Assembly (NCBI GenBank): GCA_902615845.1
Contig: CACMQS010000006.1
Coordinates: 23,678 to 87,677 of the forward strand
DNA from: an uncultured Alphaproteobacteria bacterium
Lineage (GTDB): Bacteria > Pseudomonadota > Alphaproteobacteria > HIMB59 > GCA-002718135
Direction of reading: 5' to 3'
Length of the DNA: 64,000 nt
In this document: in pieces, positions 8,684-16,581 of the stretch
Position numbering within the stretch: the first letter of the stretch is position 1
Layout of the letters: each line of letters begins with the position of its first letter
Translations under genes and position numbers: made by a program
The notes under the pieces: model-generated
What the model saw: only the letters and a program-made list of their open reading frames with translations
The model's database searches: none
What the model was told of the DNA's origin: nothing

Positions 8684-8911
8684 ATGAATAAAGAAAACGC
8701 AAGTAAACTCTGGAAGCTAATTCAAGAAACAGGTGATTTTTTAAAAGGTAAATTACCAGATCATCCAAATCATCCTAAGGGTAGAAATCCTTATGCTCAT
8801 GTTGCTTTAGAAGTAAAAAATCATTTTGGTATGACATATAAAGATATACCAGATGATAAATTTAATGATGTTACTGATTATCTCGAAATATTAAAATCTA
8901 ATCCTGAGTAA
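8684..8911 (+). CDS. Hypothetical small protein (75 aa from ATG 8684; the track's TTG 8669 would give 80 aa)
   Basis: This is the only long open frame in the gap between the desaturase and the MFS gene. It is hydrophilic with non-repetitive composition. I recognise no family with certainty. Confidence 0.5.
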   Translation: MNKENASKLWKLIQETGDFLKGKLPDHPNHPKGRNPYAHVALEVKNHFGMTYKDIPDDKFNDVTDYLEILKSNPE

Positions 8912-10079
8912 TAATATTATTTTTATTTTGAATTGGTAAAAAAATAATAAATATTGAAACTAAAGCCATCATTACTGCATTAATTAAAAATAAATAAGTA
9001 AACTCTAGAGTAATTGAATATATTTCTGAAATTAAGAATACTGATATTGGCCCTGAACCAAATGCAAGAATAAACTTAATTCCGTATACAACACCATGAT
9101 ATTTTTGAGGTGTAAATCTCCCAAGTAGAAGATTTTCTGTAGGCAGAATACTTGCATTAAATACGGCAGCAAGAATACATAACACAACTAAAGAATAACC
9201 AGATATGTAAGCTATACCAAGATAACACGGAAACTGAAGAAATATACCAATTAAGTAAATGGTTTTTAAATTAAATCTATCAGCAAGTAAGCCTCCAACA
9301 AATGTTGTGGCCCCAGAAATGAAATAAATAATTGCTATCATAAATCCAATTTGAATAGAGTTTATATTACCAATTCGTATTTCAAAAACTTTTGGTAAAG
9401 CAGTTTGTGTATTATGAAAAGATAATCCAAGGGCAAACATTGATAAAAGCATTATTAGTGCAATTAAAAACATTTCATTTCGTGAATGATCTTCCTGATC
9501 ATTTTTTATAAAATAATTTTTGTAAGATATTTTATCAATCACTATTAAGTAAATAAGAATAAATCCAATAATAATAGATATTACACCAGGCAATATAAAA
9601 GCTAGTTGCCAATTTAGTAATTCTGTAAGAGTACCAGCTACAAACGCTCCAGAACCAATCCCTACCCCGCCAAAAATACCATTTACACCAAGCGCTCTTC
9701 CCTGTTTGTTAGCTGCATGAATCACCCAAGGAATGCCTACAGGATGGTAAATTGAACAAAAAAGTCCTAGAAGTGATAAGGAAAAAAATAAAAAAGAAAC
9801 TGATGTGCTTAAACCACATAAAATGGAAGCTAATCCCATTCCAATAAACATAATTGTCATTGTTCCTGAACGGGACCATTTATCACTTAACCAACCAAAA
9901 GGAATCGCTCCTAAACCAATTAGTAGAGCTCCAAGAGACCATAATCTAATTAATTGATCATAAGAAATATTCCATTCTTTTTCTATCGTCAGAACAATCA
10001 CAAAATAAAATGCTGCAAACATATGCATAAGCGCATGACCTATTGATGAAAATAGGAGTGTATAAAAAGTATTATTCAA
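8898..10079 (-). CDS. Major facilitator superfamily transporter
   Basis: 393 aa with about 12 hydrophobic segments and a loop motif GWLSDKWSRSG between TM2 and TM3. A TTG start is required because TM1 precedes the first ATG. Confidence 0.85.
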   Translation of the reverse strand: MNNTFYTLLFSSIGHALMHMFAAFYFVIVLTIEKEWNISYDQLIRLWSLGALLIGLGAIPFGWLSDKWSRSGTMTIMFIGMGLASILCGLSTSVSFLFFSLSLLGLFCSIYHPVGIPWVIHAANKQGRALGVNGIFGGVGIGSGAFVAGTLTELLNWQLAFILPGVISIIIGFILIYLIVIDKISYKNYFIKNDQEDHSRNEMFLIALIMLLSMFALGLSFHNTQTALPKVFEIRIGNINSIQIGFMIAIIYFISGATTFVGGLLADRFNLKTIYLIGIFLQFPCYLGIAYISGYSLVVLCILAAVFNASILPTENLLLGRFTPQKYHGVVYGIKFILAFGSGPISVFLISEIYSITLEFTYLFLINAVMMALVSIFIIFLPIQNKNNIITQD

Positions 10080-10467
10080 ACTCTTCGTAATTAATAGAGA
10101 GCGAATTTACACAGTACCTTTTGCCAGTTGGCTCAGGTCCATCATCAAAGACATGACCTAAATGGGCATCACATTTGGCACACATAATTTCAATACGCAC
10201 CATTCCATGAGATCGATCAGTCTCTGTTTTAATTGCTTCAGGTGATATTTGTTCAAAAAAACTTGGCCACCCACAATAAGAATCATATTTTGTTGAACTA
10301 TTAAATAATTCATTGCCACAGCATTTACATTTAAAAATACCGCCATTAATAATTTCAAAATTTTTACCAGAAAAAGGAGGTTCTGTTCCCTTTTGTCTTG
10401 TTACATAATATTCATCTTCTGTGAGAAGAGACTTCCATTCTTGATCAGTTTTGATTATTTTGTTCAT
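10072..10467 (-). CDS. msrB: Peptide-methionine (R)-S-oxide reductase
   Basis: Two CxxC zinc motifs (CKCCGNELF, CAKCDAHLGHVFDDGP) and the catalytic RYCVNS. Confidence 0.95.
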   Translation of the reverse strand: MNKIIKTDQEWKSLLTEDEYYVTRQKGTEPPFSGKNFEIINGGIFKCKCCGNELFNSSTKYDSYCGWPSFFEQISPEAIKTETDRSHGMVRIEIMCAKCDAHLGHVFDDGPEPTGKRYCVNSLSINYEEFE

Positions 10468-11359
10468 TTTTAAATCTTATATTAGATAATATAATTCCTG
10501 TAATTATAAAAAAAATACCTACAATATGAAATATTGCAAAACTCTCATTTAAAAAAGTTATTGCCCAAATTGCAGCAAAGACAGGAATAAAGTGTAAAAA
10601 TAAACCAGCTCTATTTGGTCCAATTAAATAGACACCTTTATTCCAAGCAAAATAAGCAGCAATACTTGCGAAGATAGCAACATAAATAATAATGAAAAAG
10701 TCATAAGAAGATGAAAGTAAAAAGGTACCATTAAAAGATTCAAAGAGATAAAATGGAATAATAAAAAATAAGCCAATAATAATCATTACTTCTAAGCTTG
10801 CTAATTGAGGGATTGATGTATCCATTTTTTTTAATAGCACTGAATATAAGCACCAAGATATTACAGCGGCAAACATCCATATATCTCCAATAGTAAAATT
10901 TAGGGTATATAAATTATTTAAATTTCCTTTTAAAATAATTGCTAAAGCACCTAATAAAGATAAAATTATACCAATTAGTTGCAGTTTTGAAATTTTAGTT
11001 CGAAACATTAGCCAAGAAAAACCAATCATAATTACTGGTGCAGTAGATGCCATTATAGTAGAATTTAAAACTAAAGTAGTTTGTAATGAAATATATGTAA
11101 ATGAATTAAATATTGTAACACTTAAAATACTTAATGTAGTCATCAGTAAAAAGTTTTCTTTGTAATAATTTAAATTTTCCAAAATACTTTTAAAAGTGAA
11201 CGGTAAAAGTAAAAACAAAGCTAAAGACCATCTAAAAAAACTTAATTTAAATGGTGAAAGATCAGTTATGTGGGCAACTTTTCCAAAAAAAAAATTTCCT
11301 GACCAAAATAAAGAAGAGGCTGTTAACAATATTACTGCTAACATTAAGTTTCTTGACAT
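10445..11359 (-). CDS. EamA/DMT superfamily transporter
   Basis: 304 aa with about 10 TM segments in a two-fold internal repeat architecture typical of EamA. Confidence 0.85.
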   Translation of the reverse strand: MSRNLMLAVILLTASSLFWSGNFFFGKVAHITDLSPFKLSFFRWSLALFLLLPFTFKSILENLNYYKENFLLMTTLSILSVTIFNSFTYISLQTTLVLNSTIMASTAPVIMIGFSWLMFRTKISKLQLIGIILSLLGALAIILKGNLNNLYTLNFTIGDIWMFAAVISWCLYSVLLKKMDTSIPQLASLEVMIIIGLFFIIPFYLFESFNGTFLLSSSYDFFIIIYVAIFASIAAYFAWNKGVYLIGPNRAGLFLHFIPVFAAIWAITFLNESFAIFHIVGIFFIITGIILSNIRFKNEQNNQN

Positions 11360-12232
11360 TTATTTATCTACAAGAGTCATGAGGGATGAAGTATCAAACC
11401 TATTGCCACCATTTTTTTGAACTTCTTCATAGTATTTATCAACAATTTTTGTAACAGGAAGAATTGCACCATTTTTATCTGCTTCATTAAAACAAATTGA
11501 TAAATCTTTACGCATCCAATCAACTGCAAAGCCATAATCAAATTTACCATCAAGCATAGTTCTGTATCTATTTTCCATTTGCCACGATTGAGCAGCACCT
11601 TTTGATATAACGCTAAGAACCTTTTCCATATCCACATTCGATTTTTTTCCAAAAGCCATTGCCTCTGACAAACCTTGAACTAATCCCGCAATACAAATTT
11701 GATTTATCATTTTAGCTATTTGACCTGATCCAGATGGACCTATAAGCTCAACCGCTTTGCCATAAGATGTGAGAACTGGTTTAACCGTATTATAATCTTT
11801 TTCATCGCCGCCAATCATAATAGAGAGAACACCATTTTCTGCCCCTGCTTGACCACCAGAAACAGGAGCATCAAGAAAACTCAATTTTTTATCCTTAAGT
11901 TTTTGATAGTAATTTCTTGCTATCTCTGCAGAAGCCGTTGTGTGATCAACAATAATTGATCCTTCAGCTACATTTGAAAGAATTCCATCATCACCTTCCA
12001 TTACTTCAATAATATCTTCATCGCGTCCAACACACATAAAAATAATTTCAGAATTTTGAGAAGCTTCACCAGGAGTTTTAGCCATGCTACCTTTATATTC
12101 TTCTACCCATTTTTCTGCCTTAGCAGTTGTTCTATTATAAACAGTTACATTATAACCATTATTTTGTAGATGGCCTGCCATTGGATAACCCATTACCCCT
12201 AAGCCAATAAAAGATACATTTTTAATACTCAT
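11360..12232 (-). CDS. NAD(P)-dependent 3-hydroxyisobutyrate dehydrogenase family oxidoreductase
   Basis: N-terminal Rossmann motif FIGLGVMGYPMAGHL and the DAPVSGG motif. The length of 290 aa is typical. Confidence 0.88.
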   Translation of the reverse strand: MSIKNVSFIGLGVMGYPMAGHLQNNGYNVTVYNRTTAKAEKWVEEYKGSMAKTPGEASQNSEIIFMCVGRDEDIIEVMEGDDGILSNVAEGSIIVDHTTASAEIARNYYQKLKDKKLSFLDAPVSGGQAGAENGVLSIMIGGDEKDYNTVKPVLTSYGKAVELIGPSGSGQIAKMINQICIAGLVQGLSEAMAFGKKSNVDMEKVLSVISKGAAQSWQMENRYRTMLDGKFDYGFAVDWMRKDLSICFNEADKNGAILPVTKIVDKYYEEVQKNGGNRFDTSSLMTLVDK

Positions 12233-13035
12233 GAATATTCTCCTAATTTTTCTAAAATTTTTAAATTCAAATCTTCTGAATTGCTAACAATTAAATTCTT
12301 ATTCTTTTTTGTAAAGTCATATTTATTGTGATCAAAATCTATGTCAGCACCACCTGCTTCTCTGACAAAAAGAATACCTGGAATATGATCCCAGGGAGAC
12401 AGTTTTGATAATATAGCAAAATTTCTAATCCCAATGCCTATATCTATATATTCAAAACCAATACATCTATAAGAGTTAACTTCTTTAAATATATTTTTAA
12501 ATATCTTTAACTTATCTTTAAATCCTGGCTCCCAATACTTTGTACTTATTGATCCTATAGTTTCTCCAATTATATTTGAACTTTTTGTAAAAATTTTTTT
12601 ATTATTAATATAAGCACCTTCATCTACAATTGCTGAACACATAATTTTTTCTAATGGCTTATATATCCAAGAACGTAAAATTTTTTCTTTAAATGTTAAA
12701 GCGATCATTATTGCAAATTTTTCTCTACCATTAGCAAAATTTGTTGTTCCATCTATTGGATCAACAGTCCAACAATATGCATCTTCATTATAGAAATTTA
12801 ATATGTTCTCATTTCTAGAAAATTCTTCTTCACCTATAAAATTAGAAGAAGGTAAAATTTGTAATAAATTTTTTTTTAATTCTTTTTCAGCTTCTATATC
12901 AGCTGCTGTTACTAAATCAGATCCATTTTTATAATTAATGTCATCATCTGATAGATTTTTAAATTTTGGTAAAATAATATTTTTACTTACGTTAAAACAA
13001 ATATCTTCAATATCTTCTTGCTTAATTTTATCCAT
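12229..13035 (-). CDS. Inositol monophosphatase family protein (IMPase/HisN/CysQ-like; specificity unknown)
   Basis: Metal-binding motifs IGEEE and WTVDPIDGTTNFANG, plus WDHIPG. Confidence 0.88.
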   Translation of the reverse strand: MDKIKQEDIEDICFNVSKNIILPKFKNLSDDDINYKNGSDLVTAADIEAEKELKKNLLQILPSSNFIGEEEFSRNENILNFYNEDAYCWTVDPIDGTTNFANGREKFAIMIALTFKEKILRSWIYKPLEKIMCSAIVDEGAYINNKKIFTKSSNIIGETIGSISTKYWEPGFKDKLKIFKNIFKEVNSYRCIGFEYIDIGIGIRNFAILSKLSPWDHIPGILFVREAGGADIDFDHNKYDFTKKNKNLIVSNSEDLNLKILEKLGEYS

Positions 13036-13873
13036 TTATACATGCTTCAGTATACATTTCTGCTAGTTTTAAAGTGATATTACCGATTTTACCCTTATTA
13101 ATTTTTTTATTATCAATTTTTAGAATGGGAGTTATAAAACTTCCAGAGCTTGTTAAGAATGCTTCATCTGCATTAAGTAATTGTTTATGAGTGAATTGTT
13201 TTTCTACTAATTTAAGTCTAGTTTTTTTTATGATTTTTATGAGAGATGTTCTAGTTACTCCTTTTAAAATATCAGAGTTAGCTGGATGAGTTATTAAATT
13301 GTTTCTTTTTATAATCCAAATGTTAGAAGATGTACCCTCAGTTACTTTTCCATTTTGTATTAAAATTGCTTCATAAGCTTTTTTCTTTTTGGCCATGTTT
13401 GCTGCTATAATATTTGGAAGTAAATTTACTGTTTTGATATCACGTCTTTTCCATCGAAGATCTTGGTATGTAATTGTATTTACTCCTACAAATTTTTTTC
13501 CAGGTAAATTAAAACTTTTATTTCTTGTGTATACAATCAAAGTTGGAGTTAAATTTTTTTGATATTTGTGTTCTCTAAATTGAATGCCTCTTGTAATTTG
13601 TAAGTAAATTATACCGTTCATTGTTTTATTTTTCTTTATTAGATTGAGAAAAATATTATTTAAGTTTTTTTTATTAATTGTAAATTTGATTTCTAATTCA
13701 CGAAGAGAATATTTTAATCTCTTAAGATGAAAATCTAAATCAATTAAATTATTATCTAAAACTGCGATAACTTCATAAACACTATCTGCAAATTGTAATC
13801 CTCTATCCTCTATATGAATTTTTGCTGATTTAAAATTTACAAATTTATTATTTATATAAGCAAAATTTGGCAT
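13028..13873 (-). CDS. Class IV (D-amino acid / branched-chain) aminotransferase
   Basis: RGLQFADSVYEVI near the N-terminus, TEGTSSNIWIIK, and GVTR. The length is 281 aa. Confidence 0.85.
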   Translation of the reverse strand: MPNFAYINNKFVNFKSAKIHIEDRGLQFADSVYEVIAVLDNNLIDLDFHLKRLKYSLRELEIKFTINKKNLNNIFLNLIKKNKTMNGIIYLQITRGIQFREHKYQKNLTPTLIVYTRNKSFNLPGKKFVGVNTITYQDLRWKRRDIKTVNLLPNIIAANMAKKKKAYEAILIQNGKVTEGTSSNIWIIKRNNLITHPANSDILKGVTRTSLIKIIKKTRLKLVEKQFTHKQLLNADEAFLTSSGSFITPILKIDNKKINKGKIGNITLKLAEMYTEACING

Positions 13874-13877
13874 TAAA

Positions 13878-15242
13878 TTAAACTTTTGATAAAAGTTTTT
13901 CTAGTTTTTTTATGCAGTTTGTTTCAGCAAAAAAAACAACATCATCATTTTCTTTAAAAACAGTTTGGCTATTAGGGATTATAATTTTTTTATCCCTTAC
14001 AATAGAGCCAATACGTATACCTTTTGGTAATTCTAATTCTTTAAGATTTTTATTACAAAGAAATGATTCTGACTGAATATCTGCCTCTATTACTTCTCCA
14101 AAACCTTCACCTATAGAATAATCATTTCTTATTTTTACACCTCTAACCTTTTCTAAAATTTTAGAAATTGTTATTATTTTTGGATCTATGGTCATATCGA
14201 CACCAATATTAGACAACAATGATGAATAATTACTATTATTAATCAAAGTTATTGATGTATCAGCTCCTGCTCTTTTAGCTAGTAAGGATGATAGTATATT
14301 TACTTCATCGTCTTCTGTAATTGATATACAGTAGCCTGAATCTGATATGTTTACCTCTTCAAGTATCTGATTATCCAGACCATCTCCACATGTCACTGTG
14401 ATATTTTCTAAATTTGACGCAAGAAATTCTGCGCGTTCTTTATTAGCTTCAATGAGTTCAGTTTTTATATATGTTTCAGAATTTTCAATTAATTGTGCAA
14501 GTGAAAATCCTATATTTCCACCACCAATAATTACAGCTTTTTTTGCCTGCAATTCTTGATGGCCAAATTCAGATAATACGTCTGTCAAATTATCAGTTTC
14601 CACAACTAGAAAGATGGTATCTTTTTTTTCAATTTTAGTTGAAGAATTTACTGTAAATTTTTGATCACCTCTAAATATAAACATTATGTTAGCTAAATAG
14701 TCAGGAAATTTTTCTGATAAATCTCTTACAGATAGACCTGAGTGTAAAAAATTATCCTCACATTTTAATCCAATTAATTTCAATTTTTTATCTGATAATT
14801 CAACCATGTCTATTGTACCAGGAGAAATTAATCTTCTAAATATACCTTTAGCAACTTCTTGTTCAGGAGAAATAATCGCATCTATTGGGAAATTTTCATC
14901 ATTGTATAAATTTTTCCAATCATTTTTTAAATAATCTTGTTGTCTTATTCTTGCAATTTTCTTTTTTATTTTAAATAAAGAATGACCAATTTGACAAGTA
15001 ACCATATTAGTTTCATCGCTCTTAGTTACTGCAATTAGTATCTCACAGTCATTTGCTCCAGCGCTCTCTAAAACTGATGGCATACTAGGAATACCATTTA
15101 TTGTTTTGACATCCAAATTTTCAGATACTTTATTTAATCTATTTTCATCTTCGTCAATAACTGTAACTTCAAAATTTTCGCGGGATAATTTATCAGCTAT
15201 ACTATATCCAACATCTCCAGCACCACAAATAATTGTTTTCAT
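13878..15242 (-). CDS. trkA: Trk potassium uptake system NAD-binding subunit
   Basis: Two RCK-N Rossmann motifs (GAGDVGYSIADKL and GGGNIGFSLAQ). It lies downstream of ntrYX, as in other alphaproteobacteria. Confidence 0.93.
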   Translation of the reverse strand: MKTIICGAGDVGYSIADKLSRENFEVTVIDEDENRLNKVSENLDVKTINGIPSMPSVLESAGANDCEILIAVTKSDETNMVTCQIGHSLFKIKKKIARIRQQDYLKNDWKNLYNDENFPIDAIISPEQEVAKGIFRRLISPGTIDMVELSDKKLKLIGLKCEDNFLHSGLSVRDLSEKFPDYLANIMFIFRGDQKFTVNSSTKIEKKDTIFLVVETDNLTDVLSEFGHQELQAKKAVIIGGGNIGFSLAQLIENSETYIKTELIEANKERAEFLASNLENITVTCGDGLDNQILEEVNISDSGYCISITEDDEVNILSSLLAKRAGADTSITLINNSNYSSLLSNIGVDMTIDPKIITISKILEKVRGVKIRNDYSIGEGFGEVIEADIQSESFLCNKNLKELELPKGIRIGSIVRDKKIIIPNSQTVFKENDDVVFFAETNCIKKLEKLLSKV

Positions 15243-15249
15243 TGATTAG

Positions 15250-16581
15250 TTATTCTACTTTTATATCTAGTGATTTAAATTTTCTATAAAGAGCAGTTCT
15301 TTCCATTCCTGTAAATTCAGAAACTTTTGTTATATTACCATTAAATCTCTTAATTTGCGATATTAAATAATTTTTTTCAAACTCCGATCTTGCTTCTTTT
15401 AAAGACAAATCCAGTGAATTATTAGAAGAATTTGACGCAGTTTCATCTCCCATTTGTAAAGCTAAATCATCAACCTCTAACTCTTTTATATTTTGATCTT
15501 GGTTAAGTATGAGACTTTTCTCTACATAATTAATTAGTTGAGATATATTTCCAGGCCAATCATACATTTGTAGCTTAGATAAAGCTCTCGAAGAAAATTT
15601 AAAATTTATATTCCCTCCACTTTTTTCATTTAAATAAAAATCAAGGATAGGAAGAACGTCATCTCTCCTATCGGAAAGAGATTTAAATTTTATAAAGTCT
15701 GTTGAAATTCTGTCATATAGTCTTTTAATAAAATTACCTTTTTCAATTTCTATTTCTAAATTTTTCTCAGTAATTGTAATAATTTTATGATTTAATTTTA
15801 TATCTAGATCTTCAAAAAATTTTTTGTTTTCTAGAAAATTTAAAAGTTTTTTTTGATAAATATTTGGTAGTGTTTCAATATTGAGCAATATTAATGAATT
15901 ATTGTTTGATCGAAAAAAAATATTTTCATTAATTGCGTTTTTATTTTCCACAAACATATTATCTAATGCTTCATTTGTAAGTTTTTTAAAATCAATTGAT
16001 ATAGGAAGCTTATCTTTATATTGTGAATTTTGATGTATTAAATTTGTAAAATGTTTTTTTCCTGTGCCAAATGGTCCTTCAATTAATAATCTTGAATTAC
16101 TTGAACTCTGTTCATTTAAATGTTTATTAATTTTTTTAATGAATTCTGATTTTCCTATTAGTGGTATAGTTTTAATTAAGGTATCTTTTAAATTTTTATT
16201 TTCACTCAATAATGATGAACTTTCTATTGCTCTTTTAGTAAGAATAATTAATTTATCGCTATTAAATGGCTTTTCTAAAAAGTCGTATGCTCCATTTTTT
16301 ATAGATTTTACTGCAAGATCAACAGTACCATGACCACTGATAATAATAATTGGAATATTGCTATTAATTGATTTAAATTCTTTTAAAATTTCAATACCGT
16401 CTAATTTACTATTGGATAACCAAACATCTAAAATTACTAAATCAGGTTTAATTTCATTGAATTTACTAATTGCTTCATCTGAATTAAGTGCAATTGAAGT
16501 ATTATAATTTTCATCTTTTAAAATTTCTGAAATAAGAAAACAAATATCTTTTTCATCATCTATAATTAAAACTTTATGCAT
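15250..16581 (-). CDS. ntrX: NtrC-family response regulator NtrX (receiver + degenerate AAA+ + Fis-type HTH)
   Basis: Receiver motifs IIDDE, LVILDV and LEKP. Walker A-like GPFGTGKK, WPGNISQL, and C-terminal HTH GMERTALYRKFKSL. ATG 16581 (MHKVLIIDD) is preferred over the track's TTG 16590. Confidence 0.9.
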   Translation of the reverse strand: MHKVLIIDDEKDICFLISEILKDENYNTSIALNSDEAISKFNEIKPDLVILDVWLSNSKLDGIEILKEFKSINSNIPIIIISGHGTVDLAVKSIKNGAYDFLEKPFNSDKLIILTKRAIESSSLLSENKNLKDTLIKTIPLIGKSEFIKKINKHLNEQSSSNSRLLIEGPFGTGKKHFTNLIHQNSQYKDKLPISIDFKKLTNEALDNMFVENKNAINENIFFRSNNNSLILLNIETLPNIYQKKLLNFLENKKFFEDLDIKLNHKIITITEKNLEIEIEKGNFIKRLYDRISTDFIKFKSLSDRRDDVLPILDFYLNEKSGGNINFKFSSRALSKLQMYDWPGNISQLINYVEKSLILNQDQNIKELEVDDLALQMGDETASNSSNNSLDLSLKEARSEFEKNYLISQIKRFNGNITKVSEFTGMERTALYRKFKSLDIKVE

